NCBI GenBank assembly: GCA_947260025.1
Contig: CAMYON010000029.1
Coordinates: 10,243-74,242 of the forward strand
Source of the DNA: an uncultured Gammaproteobacteria bacterium
GTDB taxonomy: Bacteria; Pseudomonadota; Gammaproteobacteria; GCA-001735895
Reading direction: 5' to 3'
DNA length: 64,000 nucleotides
Part shown: one piece after another, positions 27,701 to 37,896 of the stretch
How the letters are laid out: each line of letters begins with the position of its first letter
Position numbering within the stretch: position 1 is the first letter of the stretch
Notes under the pieces: generated by a model
Seen by the model: the letters and a program-made list of their open reading frames with translations, nothing else
Database searches by the model: none
What the model was told of the DNA's origin: nothing
Position numbers and translations under genes: made by a program

Positions 27701-29821
27701 TCAGGCGATTCTCCTGACGTCCTGGACGTTGGGCAACTGCGATAGCTTGTCGATGATGGTTACCAGTTCGTCGACGCTGCGGATTTCCATGGTCAAGCGG
27801 GTATAAACCAGCTGCTCATCCTGTTTGGTATTGGAGTTGACGTTCAACAGGTTGATCTTGAGGTTTGCCAGAATAGTGCTGATATCCTGCATCAAGCCGG
27901 TGCGCTGGTAAGCGGTCACGCTGACCTCGACCGGGTACACCGAACCGCTTTGATGTCCCCACTCGACCTCGATCAGGCGTTGCCGTTTCTCCTCCGGCAA
28001 AGACAGGATATTGGGGCAACTGCGCTTGTGCACCGTGATTCCGCTGTTGACCGTGATGAATCCGATAATCGAATCGCCAGGTACCGGCTTGCAGCAGCGC
28101 CCGAACTGGGTCATCAGGTTTCCGACCCCGTGGATGCTGACCTCGTCCTTCGAGGACGGGGCCTGGGTTTCTTTCTTGAGTTTCCTGAAAGGATCCTGTT
28201 CGGGCTCGGTCTGCAGGTAACCCAGAATCTGGGCGGCGGTGATCAACCCGCGCCCGATATCGGCAAAAAACTGATCCGCATCCTTGCGCTTGAAATGCGC
28301 AACGACCTGCTTGAGATCCGCATTGTGAATCGAAAACTTGCTTAAGCTGCGATCGTAAATCCCCTTGCCGTCGAGCAGGTTCTGCTCGAAATCCTGGTGG
28401 TTAAACCAGTTACGCACCTTGGATCGAGTCCCGGCGGACTTGATAAACCCGAGGTTCTTGTTCATCCAGTCGCGGCTGGGGCGGCCCTCCTTGGTGGTCA
28501 GGATTTCGACCTCGTCGCCGGTTTGCAGCACCGTTGTCAGGTTGACGATGCGCCCGTTGACCTTGGCCCCGCGGCAGCGATGACCGACCTCGGAATGAAT
28601 ACTGTAGGCAAAATCCAGCGGCGTACCGCCCTTCGGAATATCGATGATTTGCCCGGTCGGGGTAAAAACGTAGACCCTGTCATTAGACAGCTCGTTCGAG
28701 ATTTCGGACATTGCATCCGACACCTCCTCCACCGAACCCTGCAGCAAATCGCGCATTTGCGAGATGCTTGCCTCCATACGCTGATCGAGCCTGGCACCCT
28801 CCTTGTAACGCCAGTGCGAGGCAACGCCGAGTTCCGCATTCTCATGCATTTCGTAGGTTCGTATCTGGACTTCGACGATCTTGCCGTCCTCGGCCACCAC
28901 CGCGGTGTGCAGCGAACGGTAACCATTTTCCTTGGGGTTGGCGATGTAGTCGTCGAACTCCTTGGGGATATGCTGCCAGCTGGTATGCACGACTCCGAGC
29001 ACCGCGTAACAATTAGCCACCGAGTCGACCAGTATCCGCACCGCGCGTACGTCGAAGAGTTCATGGAATTCGAGATTCTTGCGCTGCATCTTGCGCCAGA
29101 TACTGACGATGTGTTTCACCCGACCCTGCACGCTGGCTTCGATTTCCTGCTCCTGCAGTAACGACTGCAGCTGCGTCTTGAAGCCGTCGATGAAGGCCTC
29201 GCGTTCGCTGCGCTTCTCTTCCAGCAGTTTCGCAATGCGTTTGTAAACCAGCGGTTCCAGTGCGCGGAAGGCGAGATCCTCGAGTTCCCACTTGAGCAAT
29301 CCCATGCCGAGGCGATTGGCCAGCGGCGCATAGATATCGAGGGTTTCGCGCGCGATCTGGCGGCGCAGCTCGTAATCGCCGTGTTTCAACAGCCCCAGGC
29401 GTTCGACGCGGTAGCACAGCTTGATCAACATAACCCGCACGTCGGTGATGACAGCCATCAGCAGGCGCCGCAATTTCTCCGCCTGTTCCGGGCTGTCGAT
29501 ACGCGTCGGGACGCCGTCCTTGAGGGCATTGAGCTGGTTCACTCCCTGCGTCAATTGCGCGACTTTCTGGCCGAATTCTTCCTCGATAGACTTGCCATCG
29601 AGCACCTCGCGCAGTCCCGGATCGCTGAGCAACGTCGCAATTACCGCCTCGCGGTCGTTACCCAGCTCCAGCACCCTGCGAGCGACGTCGACGCTGCGCG
29701 GTCTGCTCTTGTCGGAATGCACCGAAACCGAGGCATAATCCAGCGCGCTGGCGAACTGTTCATCCCAGCCCAGGCTTTGGGTTACCTCGGTTACGAAAGA
29801 ATCTTGAGCAACGCTATTCAC
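27701..29821 (-). CDS. relA: (p)ppGpp synthetase RelA
   Basis: Degenerate HD domain (LLSD), EFDD synthetase motif, TGS and ACT domains. Confidence 0.93.
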   Translation of the reverse strand: MNSVAQDSFVTEVTQSLGWDEQFASALDYASVSVHSDKSRPRSVDVARRVLELGNDREAVIATLLSDPGLREVLDGKSIEEEFGQKVAQLTQGVNQLNALKDGVPTRIDSPEQAEKLRRLLMAVITDVRVMLIKLCYRVERLGLLKHGDYELRRQIARETLDIYAPLANRLGMGLLKWELEDLAFRALEPLVYKRIAKLLEEKRSEREAFIDGFKTQLQSLLQEQEIEASVQGRVKHIVSIWRKMQRKNLEFHELFDVRAVRILVDSVANCYAVLGVVHTSWQHIPKEFDDYIANPKENGYRSLHTAVVAEDGKIVEVQIRTYEMHENAELGVASHWRYKEGARLDQRMEASISQMRDLLQGSVEEVSDAMSEISNELSNDRVYVFTPTGQIIDIPKGGTPLDFAYSIHSEVGHRCRGAKVNGRIVNLTTVLQTGDEVEILTTKEGRPSRDWMNKNLGFIKSAGTRSKVRNWFNHQDFEQNLLDGKGIYDRSLSKFSIHNADLKQVVAHFKRKDADQFFADIGRGLITAAQILGYLQTEPEQDPFRKLKKETQAPSSKDEVSIHGVGNLMTQFGRCCKPVPGDSIIGFITVNSGITVHKRSCPNILSLPEEKRQRLIEVEWGHQSGSVYPVEVSVTAYQRTGLMQDISTILANLKINLLNVNSNTKQDEQLVYTRLTMEIRSVDELVTIIDKLSQLPNVQDVRRIA

Positions 29822-29832
29822 GGCCGCCTTGA

Positions 29833-32283
29833 TCAGGAGCGTAGTATCTTCATCGGTGAAACATTATAGACCCTGCGGCTGACCATGATACCGGCAATCG
29901 TCAATACAAGGCAGGAAGACAGCAGGCTGTAAGCCCAAACGCTGGCCGAGAAATGAAACTCGATATTGAAGAACTGGACGCTGATCAACCATGCGGCAAC
30001 GGTCGCGAAACAGGCCGAGAAAAAGCCGATCAAGGCCCCCATCAGCGTGAATTCGAGCACGTGTACGCGGTATAGCTGGTTGGTATGCGCGCTCAGCGCA
30101 CGCAGCAGCGCAGACTCGATCTCGCGCTCGTGCCGGCCCGTCTGGATCGCGGCCAGCAGCACGATTAGCGCCGAGGCCAGCGCGAACAGGAAGAAGAACT
30201 GCAGCGCGACGCTGGCCTTGTCGACGATGTTACGCACCCGCGCCATCAGCTCGGTAATATCGAGTAGCGTAATCGACGGAAAACGCTGCAGCAGCCGCCT
30301 CAGATCCGCCTTGTTCTGCTCCTCGATAAGAGCGCTCAACAATCCTGTCTGCGGCAAGTCTGCCAGTAATCCCGGATTCGCTATCAGGTAAAAATTGGGT
30401 TTGAAATTCTCCCACACCACGGTGCGGATGCTGGTTACCGCAGCGCGCAGCGTCTTGCTGCCGACGGTCAGCGTCAACTCATCGCCAATTTCCAGTTCGA
30501 GCCTGTCCGCCATGCCCTGTTCCACCGAGAGCTGTCCGCGCGGATCGTCGGGATCGAGCCATTCTCCGGCAACGATTTCATTCTGGTCAGGGATTTCGCT
30601 TGCATGGGTGATATTAAACGTATGCCTGACCATGTTGTCCGCGCGCGGGTGCAGAAAATCTATCTCGTCGACATCGATCGAGTTGATCTGAGTAAGGCGC
30701 GCCCGCGCCAGCGCATAGGGTGTGGATGCCTCGATCCCGTGCTGTTGCATGTAGGCGCCGACCGCCGCGATATCGTCACTGCGGATATTGATCAGGAAAT
30801 AGTTGGGAATATCCTCGGGCAACTGCTCCTGCCAGGAACCCAGCAACTCGTCCTTGACCACCGCGATCAACAGGATCGCTATCAGCACCAGGCTAAAGCC
30901 TGACATGACGTAAATCGCACCGCGCGAACTTGCCTGCAGGCGACTGAGCAGGTACTGGCGCAGCCAGAAACGGCGCTGCGAGGAAAACAGCAGCAGCTTG
31001 ACCATCCAGCCCAGAATCAAGGGCAGTGCAAAGGCGCAGACTAACACCATGGCGAGCGTCGCCACCGCCAACATCGAGCTTTGCATTAACAATACCAGCA
31101 CCCCGAAAATCGCAACGACGGCGCTGCCGGTGATCAGCAGCCCGCGCAACCACGAGCGCCGGTTGACCGCGGTGCGCAGTACCTGCATCGGCGGCGTTGC
31201 GGTCGCATTGATCAGGTAGGGCAGCGAAAATCCTGCCAGCGCCAGCAATCCGACCAGCCCCGCGAAAAAATAAGGTTTCAGGCTATACACCTGCGGCAGG
31301 GTCCTGCCGAACCATCCATCGAGTGCCCACTGCAGCGGAAACTGGGTAACCCAGCCGACCGCGATTCCGGCGATCGTCGCCGCAATCCATAGACCGCCGA
31401 GTTGCTTCAGGTAATAGCGGAACAGGTTTTTCTGAGAAATACCGAAGGCACGCAGCATCGCCACCTTGGGCGCCTCGCGGCTGGCGGTATAGCGCGCGGT
31501 GATAGCAATCGCCGCCATGGCGATCACCAGTGTCAATACAATCGCGAGTGCGAAAAACTTGCGCGTACGTTCCAGCGCCTGGCGCATCTCGGGACGCGCG
31601 TTTTCGAGGTCCTGAACCTCTTCACCGGGTTTAAGGTTCTCCGTGAGCCAGATTTTGAAGCGATTGATATCGCCCTGCTCCCCGGCAAACATCATGCGGT
31701 AACGTACCCGGCTTCCCGGAACCACGAGGCCGGTCGCGGGCATGTCTGCGATATTCATCAGCACGCGCGGCGCCAGGTTGAAAATCGCGCCGCCGCGGTC
31801 GGGTTCGAAAGTCAACAACCAGCGAGTGTCGAAGCTGGTCTCACCGAGCGACAGGGATTGATCGACCAGTTGCGCCAGCTTGGTATCCACCCACACCTCG
31901 CCCCGGGCGGGAATCTCGCTGCTGACCGATCGCTCGCCGGCGACCTCTCGCGCTCGTTCGAGGCGACCGCGCAGCGGGTAGGCGTCGTCGACCGCCTTGA
32001 GTTCGACCAGCCGCGGATCGTCATCGACGAAAATCGCGGTGCGCAGGCTGACGCTGCTACTGACCTGCAGGCCTCGCTGCCGCGCCGCCTGGCGGTAGGC
32101 GGGATCGAATTCGGCGCTCGAAACGATCACCATATCTGCCGCCAGCAACTCGCTGGCCTGGCGATCCAGCAACAGCCCGATACGCTCGGTAACCAGCTGG
32201 CTCGAGGTCACGATGCCCACGGTGATGACCGTGGCGACGAACATCAACCAGTAAGCGTGTATGGTTGCGCGCCTGACCTTCAC
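29833..32283 (-). CDS. YbbP-like ABC transporter permease (FtsX family)
   Basis: Duplicated FtsX architecture; ELKAVDDAYPLRG, PNYFLINI; adjacent to the ATPase and tesA. Confidence 0.85.
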   Translation of the reverse strand: MKVRRATIHAYWLMFVATVITVGIVTSSQLVTERIGLLLDRQASELLAADMVIVSSAEFDPAYRQAARQRGLQVSSSVSLRTAIFVDDDPRLVELKAVDDAYPLRGRLERAREVAGERSVSSEIPARGEVWVDTKLAQLVDQSLSLGETSFDTRWLLTFEPDRGGAIFNLAPRVLMNIADMPATGLVVPGSRVRYRMMFAGEQGDINRFKIWLTENLKPGEEVQDLENARPEMRQALERTRKFFALAIVLTLVIAMAAIAITARYTASREAPKVAMLRAFGISQKNLFRYYLKQLGGLWIAATIAGIAVGWVTQFPLQWALDGWFGRTLPQVYSLKPYFFAGLVGLLALAGFSLPYLINATATPPMQVLRTAVNRRSWLRGLLITGSAVVAIFGVLVLLMQSSMLAVATLAMVLVCAFALPLILGWMVKLLLFSSQRRFWLRQYLLSRLQASSRGAIYVMSGFSLVLIAILLIAVVKDELLGSWQEQLPEDIPNYFLINIRSDDIAAVGAYMQQHGIEASTPYALARARLTQINSIDVDEIDFLHPRADNMVRHTFNITHASEIPDQNEIVAGEWLDPDDPRGQLSVEQGMADRLELEIGDELTLTVGSKTLRAAVTSIRTVVWENFKPNFYLIANPGLLADLPQTGLLSALIEEQNKADLRRLLQRFPSITLLDITELMARVRNIVDKASVALQFFFLFALASALIVLLAAIQTGRHEREIESALLRALSAHTNQLYRVHVLEFTLMGALIGFFSACFATVAAWLISVQFFNIEFHFSASVWAYSLLSSCLVLTIAGIMVSRRVYNVSPMKILRS

Positions 32284-32969
32284 GCCGCGGCACCGTTCAG
32301 CAAGCGACCGGATTCGATCAGGATCTGGCGATCGCCGCGCTCCAGCAACTCGCCTTCGTGCGTCACCAGCACCAGGGTGGTACCCGACTGGTCACGCAGG
32401 TGGAACATCAGGTCCGCGATCTGACGCCCGGTGGTGGCATCGAGATTACCGGTGGGTTCATCGGCGAACAGGACGCGCGGCTTGACCGCAAAGGCGCGGG
32501 CTATGGCCACTCGCTGCTGCTCGCCTCCCGACAGGTGCTCCACCAGGGTATCGGTCTTGGACTCGAGTCCAACCTGGTGCAGGCTTTGTTGCGCCTGATC
32601 GTGCGCACCGTCGACCCCCGACAGTTCCAGCGGCAGCATGACGTTTTGAATCGCGGTTGCGCCCTGTACCAGGTGGAACGACTGGAAAACGAAACCGACC
32701 CTGCCCGAGCGTATCGCCGAACGCTGCTCCTCGCTTTTGCCGGCAAGGTTTTCACCGAACAGGAATACTTCGCCCGCGCTGGCCTGATCCAGACCCGCCA
32801 TCAATCCGAGCAACGTGGTCTTGCCGGATCCCGATGCACCCTTGATGACGACCGCCTCCTGGTACTTAACATCCAGCGATATATTATTTACGATGTCGAG
32901 CTTGCCATCCGGCGTATCAACAAACTTACCGACCTGGTTTAAAGCGATGCAAAGATTATCTTCAGCCAT
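32280..32969 (-). CDS. YbbA-like ABC transporter ATP-binding protein
   Basis: [25 protein letters not shown]. Confidence 0.92.
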   Translation of the reverse strand: MAEDNLCIALNQVGKFVDTPDGKLDIVNNISLDVKYQEAVVIKGASGSGKTTLLGLMAGLDQASAGEVFLFGENLAGKSEEQRSAIRSGRVGFVFQSFHLVQGATAIQNVMLPLELSGVDGAHDQAQQSLHQVGLESKTDTLVEHLSGGEQQRVAIARAFAVKPRVLFADEPTGNLDATTGRQIADLMFHLRDQSGTTLVLVTHEGELLERGDRQILIESGRLLNGAAA

Positions 32970-33576
32970 ATTCCTGATTTTTTTGCTGGGATGTCCCACC
33001 TGGGGTTACGCGAAGCACGCCGCGATCAACATCCTGATTCTAGGTGACAGTCTGAGCGCCGCCTACAATATTCCGATAGAAAAGGGCTGGACGCGCATAT
33101 TCACCGACAATATAAGGTCAAGTTTTCCGCAAACAAGCGTCACCAACGCCAGTATTAGCGGTGAAACTACCTTCGGCGGACTGCAGCGCCTGCCGCAATT
33201 GCTGCAGGAACATCAACCGACCCACCTGATTATCGAGTTGGGCGGCAACGACGGATTGCGCGGGCTGGGATTCGATCAGAGCAGCGATAACCTGCGGCAA
33301 ATGGTGCAGTTGGCCCAGGCACAGCAGGTTACCGTCCTGCTGATCGGGGTGCGCATGCCGCCGAATTTCGGCGCCGCGTACAACACTCGTTTTCAGCAGG
33401 TGTTCGAGAACATTGCCGCCGAGACGCAGGTCCACTACCTGCCCAAATTCCTGGATGGCGTCGCCGCCAGCGATCCCGCGTTAATGCAGCAGGACGGGAT
33501 CCATCCGACTGCCCTCGCCCAGCCGCTGCTGGCGCAGAAGGTCGAGACCCGCATGCGCACAATCCTTAACCACTAA
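32947..33576 (+). CDS. tesA: Arylesterase / acyl-CoA thioesterase I (GDSL)
   Basis: GDSLS, ELGGNDGLRG, DGIHP; overlaps ybbA head to head. Confidence 0.92.
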   Translation: MQRLSSAIFLIFLLGCPTWGYAKHAAINILILGDSLSAAYNIPIEKGWTRIFTDNIRSSFPQTSVTNASISGETTFGGLQRLPQLLQEHQPTHLIIELGGNDGLRGLGFDQSSDNLRQMVQLAQAQQVTVLLIGVRMPPNFGAAYNTRFQQVFENIAAETQVHYLPKFLDGVAASDPALMQQDGIHPTALAQPLLAQKVETRMRTILNH

Positions 33577-34273
33577 GCAGGACTTCCAGCTCGTGCAAAT
33601 CCACCACCTGGTGCTGGGGATCGGGTAGTTCCTCGGGCCAGGGCGTTTGCTCGCGATTAATCCAGACCGCGTGATAACCCGCGTCGATCGAACCAACCAC
33701 ATCGTAATGTGGATGATCACCAACGTAGACGATCTGCTGCGGTGCGGCGTCGAAACGCTGCGCGAAATGCCGGTAAATCTGCGGATCTGGCTTGGCAGCC
33801 TGCACCTCCGATGCGCTCACCGTGTGTTCGAACAGGTGCCCGAGGCCGACATGCTCGACGCTCGCGTTGCCATTGCTGATCGCGCCGAGGCGAAAGCGCT
33901 GCTTCAGCCGCTGCAGGCAAGGCAGCACATCGTCGTAAAACTCCACCTGTTGTCGGGCTTCGAAAAACACGTCGAATCCCTGTTGCGACACCTGGTTTCC
34001 GTCGTAATCGTGCAACTCACCGATATGATGCAGAAAATCGTAGCGCATCGCGGTCATATCCACCGTGTAACGCCGATCGCGCGTGCTGAACTCACGCCGC
34101 AGAGCGATCATCTGGGTCGGGTCATAGCTCTCGGTGATGCGCGGGTAGTACTGCTGTAGCCACTGGTAGAGGGTTTCCTCGGCACGGTGGATGGTCGGCA
34201 TGCAGGGCCAAAGCGTATCATCCAGGTCGAAGGCAACTACGGTAACTTGATCGAGCACGGCTGTCGGTTCCAA
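33566..34273 (-). CDS. HAD-superfamily hydrolase (YigB-like)
   Basis: FDLDDTLW, SNGN, KPDP, VGD...D. Confidence 0.88.
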   Translation of the reverse strand: MEPTAVLDQVTVVAFDLDDTLWPCMPTIHRAEETLYQWLQQYYPRITESYDPTQMIALRREFSTRDRRYTVDMTAMRYDFLHHIGELHDYDGNQVSQQGFDVFFEARQQVEFYDDVLPCLQRLKQRFRLGAISNGNASVEHVGLGHLFEHTVSASEVQAAKPDPQIYRHFAQRFDAAPQQIVYVGDHPHYDVVGSIDAGYHAVWINREQTPWPEELPDPQHQVVDLHELEVLLSG

Positions 34274-34423
34274 ATTCTACAGGGTAGAATTCTAAAGCTT
34301 TTATCGAGGCCGGGAAACACAGTGCATGCTTTTATCGATAACAGCTGTCAATCGGCGCGCATAATTCTTTAACTGGTATCGATTGTTCTTTAATATTGCC
34401 GCCGAGCACTTCGCAGACAGCAT

Positions 34424-35650
34424 TTGATGAATTCATTCCAGCACAGGCATGCCGTTGACGTTTCCGGGATCGTAATCGGGGGCGCCGCCCCGGTCGTGGT
34501 GCAGTCGATGACCAATACCGATACCGCGGATATCGCCGCAACCGTGGCGCAGGTTAAGAAACTGCATGAATCCGGCTCCGAACTGATACGCATAACGGTA
34601 AATAACGATGCCGCCGCCAGCGCCGTCCCGCATATCGTCGAGCAGTTGGCACAGCAGGATTGCCAGGTGCCATTAATCGGCGATTTCCATTTCAACGGCC
34701 ACAAGCTGCTCAGGCAGCACGAAGCCTGCGCGCGCGCGCTTGCCAAGTACCGCATCAATCCCGGTAACGTCGGTCGCGGCAAGAAACGCGATTTGCAGTT
34801 CAGTGAAATGATTGAAATCGCCTGTCGACATGACAAGCCGGTGCGGATCGGCGTTAACTGGGGTAGCCTGGATCAACAACTGCTGGCCAACCTGCTGACC
34901 CGCAATGCCAATCTCGCCGACCCGCTATCGCTGGAAAACATCAACCGCCAGGCGGTGATCGAATCGGCACTGGAGAGTGCTCGCTTTGCCGAAGACATCG
35001 GCCTGCAGTCGGATCGTATTGTCCTCAGCTGTAAAATGAGCCGCGTGCCGGACCTGGTAGACGTCTACCAGACGCTAGCCCAGCGCTGTCGCTACGCCCT
35101 GCACCTCGGCCTGACGGAAGCCGGCATGGGCGACCAGGGTATTATTGCCTCCAGTTCGGCGCTGGCAATACTGCTCAACCAGGGCATTGGCGACACGATT
35201 CGCGTCTCGCTGACGCCCGAGCCTGGCGCGGCGCGCGAACGCGAAGTCAAGGTGGCCCAGCAGGTTTTACAGGCGCTCGATATACGCTCGTTTACGCCCA
35301 GCGTTACCGCCTGCCCCGGCTGTGGGCGCACCACCAGCGAATACTTCCAGGTGCTCGCGAAGCAGATTCAGCAAGAGCTGGACACTTCCATGCCCGAATG
35401 GAAACATCGCTATCCGGGAGTCGAATCGATGAAGGTTGCGGTCATGGGTTGCGTGGTCAACGGTCCCGGGGAAAGTAAACACGCCAACATCGGAATTAGC
35501 CTGCCCGGAACCGGGGAGCAACCGGTGGCACCGGTTTACGAGGATGGGGAGAAGACGGTTACCCTGAAGGGCGATGATATTGCCAGTGAGTTTATCGGAC
35601 TGGTTAAAAACTACGTTAAAAACCACTACGGCCCGGACCAGCCGGGTTAG
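34424..35650 (+). CDS. ispG: HMBPP synthase IspG/GcpE
   Basis: [38 protein letters not shown]. Confidence 0.96.
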   Translation: MMNSFQHRHAVDVSGIVIGGAAPVVVQSMTNTDTADIAATVAQVKKLHESGSELIRITVNNDAAASAVPHIVEQLAQQDCQVPLIGDFHFNGHKLLRQHEACARALAKYRINPGNVGRGKKRDLQFSEMIEIACRHDKPVRIGVNWGSLDQQLLANLLTRNANLADPLSLENINRQAVIESALESARFAEDIGLQSDRIVLSCKMSRVPDLVDVYQTLAQRCRYALHLGLTEAGMGDQGIIASSSALAILLNQGIGDTIRVSLTPEPGAAREREVKVAQQVLQALDIRSFTPSVTACPGCGRTTSEYFQVLAKQIQQELDTSMPEWKHRYPGVESMKVAVMGCVVNGPGESKHANIGISLPGTGEQPVAPVYEDGEKTVTLKGDDIASEFIGLVKNYVKNHYGPDQPG

Positions 35651-35940
35651 TTCTTGATATCCTCGATTTCGCAAGCTATTTCGAACAGAACATCGTTATT
35701 GACAACTCGCATTACCACAACCGTTGCTTCCATCGGCGGGGTCATCGAGTTGCTTGGCGTCAGGGTGATGTCCAGCTTGCTTCCGGATGCAAATTCGGAA
35801 CTTGAGGTAAACAGGATTCCCTTGCTGCTAAGGTTAATCACGTTTCCCGTGTATTGTTTCGAGCTACCTGTTTCCGAAAAATTCAATTCACAATCGATAG
35901 GCATGCGCAGAAAGTCACGTTTCTCGGCGTAATCGACCAT
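35647..35940 (-). CDS. Single-domain PilZ c-di-GMP receptor
   Basis: RDFLR (RxxxR) and NLSSKG (D/NxSxxG). Confidence 0.88.
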   Translation of the reverse strand: MVDYAEKRDFLRMPIDCELNFSETGSSKQYTGNVINLSSKGILFTSSSEFASGSKLDITLTPSNSMTPPMEATVVVMRVVNNDVLFEIACEIEDIKN

Positions 35941-35952
35941 TTACCAACCTCG

Positions 35953-36255
35953 TTACAGTTTGAAGAGTTTCCCGAAATTAGCCACGTCGAGTATTTTGCG
36001 GACTTCGGGCGAGGCCTGTGCAATTTCGATATTCGACGCCTCACCGCCCGCATGTTCTCGCAACAGCAATAACATGCCCAGCGCCGAACTATCCAGGTAA
36101 TCGGTATCCGATAAATCAACCACGTAATCGACACCATTCCCTGCGGTATCCGCATATGAGGCACGAAACTCGTCGTAGAGCTGAAAATCGAACTTGCCGG
36201 CTACCGAGATGGTTACCTTGCTGCCATCATCTGAAACCGTCATATTTATACCCAT
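35953..36255 (-). CDS. STAS-domain anti-sigma-factor antagonist (HsbA-like)
   Basis: GKFDF, YLDSSALGMLLLLREHAGG with the phosphorylatable Ser. Confidence 0.88.
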   Translation of the reverse strand: MGINMTVSDDGSKVTISVAGKFDFQLYDEFRASYADTAGNGVDYVVDLSDTDYLDSSALGMLLLLREHAGGEASNIEIAQASPEVRKILDVANFGKLFKL

Positions 36256-36343
36256 CACTGTTACCTCTCTAACTAATTCAGGCCGGTGCCGATTTAAACA
36301 CCTCATTATCGCAGTGGTCCAGCGAGTTATGCCGGGTTGCGAT

Positions 36344-36562
36344 TTACTTGGCCAGCGAGCGCAGCGGTTTAGCTTGCTCGTTACTGTACACTACTACCTG
36401 CGATACTACATCCTCAAACTGCGAGGCGTCGGTTTCGAGCCTTGCGGCTGAGCTGCTGTCAGCAAAAAGCACGGCATTCAACGCCAGAAGGTCGTATCGC
36501 AATGCGATATCGCCAAATTCTTGCTGCGGATTGGTAGCCCTTTCGATAGCGCCTTTTATCAA
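36344..36562 (-). CDS. Small hypothetical ORF resembling a degenerate chemoreceptor signalling tip
   Basis: DIALRYDLLALNAVLFA resembles the MCP motif DIAEQTNLLALNAAIEA. Confidence 0.35.
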   Translation of the reverse strand: MIKGAIERATNPQQEFGDIALRYDLLALNAVLFADSSSAARLETDASQFEDVVSQVVVYSNEQAKPLRSLAK

Positions 36563-36636
36563 CTTCTTTATAGACTATTTTCAGGCCTTTTTCATCGAAG
36601 CCGTAACTGCGCTCCGCTAGCGGGTAAAGCCCGTGG

Positions 36637-37566
36637 CTAGCAAATAATAATCTGGTTCTTGCCGTTTAGCTTGGCCTGATACATGGCCTTGTCGGCGCGC
36701 TTGAATGTGCTCAGAAAGTTATCGCCATGGCGCACCAGGGTAATACCGATACTGACCCGAACCCGGCCATTTACGCCGAAGGCGGACAGGTCGAGGTTTT
36801 CGATACTACTGCGAATGCGCTCGCTGACATCGATAGCGCCATGTATATCGGTTTGGGACAGACCACCGACGAACTCGTCGCCGCCGTAGCGAAAAACCAG
36901 GTCGGTGTTACGCACTACCTGGCGGATGGCCTCGGCCACTCCCCGCAATACCTGGTCACCCACATCGTGCCCAAACTCGTCATTGATTTCCTTGAAACCA
37001 TCGAGATCCATCATCAGCAACGCCATCGAATGACCGTAGCGTTTCGCCAGGTCGATTTCGCGCGGCAGGTTCTTTTCCATCGAGGTGCGATTATTGAGGC
37101 CGGTTAACGGATCACGATAGGCCGATTTAAGCGCAATCTGGTACATCAGCGAATTCTTCAGGGGATAAATCAGTGAACACAGTAAATCCTCGAGTTCGCA
37201 AAGTTCCCGGCTGTTGAAGCTGGCCAGCTTGTAAAGGGTCAATTCGCCCAGCAACCGGTTTTGAATGTTGAGTCGGTAGCTGGCATTGAATCCCTCGATC
37301 ACACCATTTTCTATCGTGGTATCAATTTCGTCACATTTGAAACGATATCCGCAAAAGTTCATGTCTTCGGATATCTCTGCCATGAAGGTTTCGATAATCT
37401 GCTCGATCTCGAGATTGCGCGACAGCATGTCTGACAGCTGCAAAACACGGATGTGCCTTTTATCTCCGCCTGCCGGCTCACCTGGGCGCGGATCCAGCGC
37501 AATCACTTGCGCCGGCACCTGCGGTATGGATTTATGACTGTCAACCAGTTGTGTTGTTTGCGACAT
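36637..37566 (-). CDS. Diguanylate cyclase (GGDEF)
   Basis: DPLTGLNNR, GHDVGD, I-site RNTD, RYGGDEF. Confidence 0.93.
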   Translation of the reverse strand: MSQTTQLVDSHKSIPQVPAQVIALDPRPGEPAGGDKRHIRVLQLSDMLSRNLEIEQIIETFMAEISEDMNFCGYRFKCDEIDTTIENGVIEGFNASYRLNIQNRLLGELTLYKLASFNSRELCELEDLLCSLIYPLKNSLMYQIALKSAYRDPLTGLNNRTSMEKNLPREIDLAKRYGHSMALLMMDLDGFKEINDEFGHDVGDQVLRGVAEAIRQVVRNTDLVFRYGGDEFVGGLSQTDIHGAIDVSERIRSSIENLDLSAFGVNGRVRVSIGITLVRHGDNFLSTFKRADKAMYQAKLNGKNQIIIC

Positions 37567-37610
37567 TTCTCAATCACCTGTTTCTAGACTGCATCTATGT
37601 CTGAAATACA

Positions 37611-37702
37611 TGCCAAATACGTGCCAAGTTGTAAAATTCATAATTATCAATAACTTATAATATAAATTTTGTACTAAATACGAGGATCGGCAGTTTTTTG
37701 TC
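37611..37702 (-). promoter_or_regulatory. Sigma54 promoter of the DGC with IHF site and FleQ-like box
   Basis: TGGCAC-GTATT-TGGCA (37611-37626, - strand); TATCAA-TAAC-TTA IHF consensus at 37645-37657; GGCAGTTTTTTGTC at 37689-37702. Confidence 0.7.
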
Positions 37703-37745
37703 GTTTTATCGCGCTTACGGCAAGCATTTCGGCCGTCGATCGACC

Positions 37746-37772
37746 TCAAGAAGACGCCGCCGCGGCCGATAA
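37746..37772 (+). promoter_or_regulatory. Sigma28 (FliA) promoter
   Basis: TCAAG-N14-GCCGATAA upstream of the fliK-like gene. Confidence 0.75.
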
Positions 37773-37896
37773 CCCCTGCAGGTGACGGAATTTTAACGCT
37801 CGCACCTGCCAGTCTGACCCGGAATTACCAATCCGGCGCAGAAATCCGCCGCAACAACGGCAGCTCCTTACCCGGGGCGGACAATTATTGCCAATT

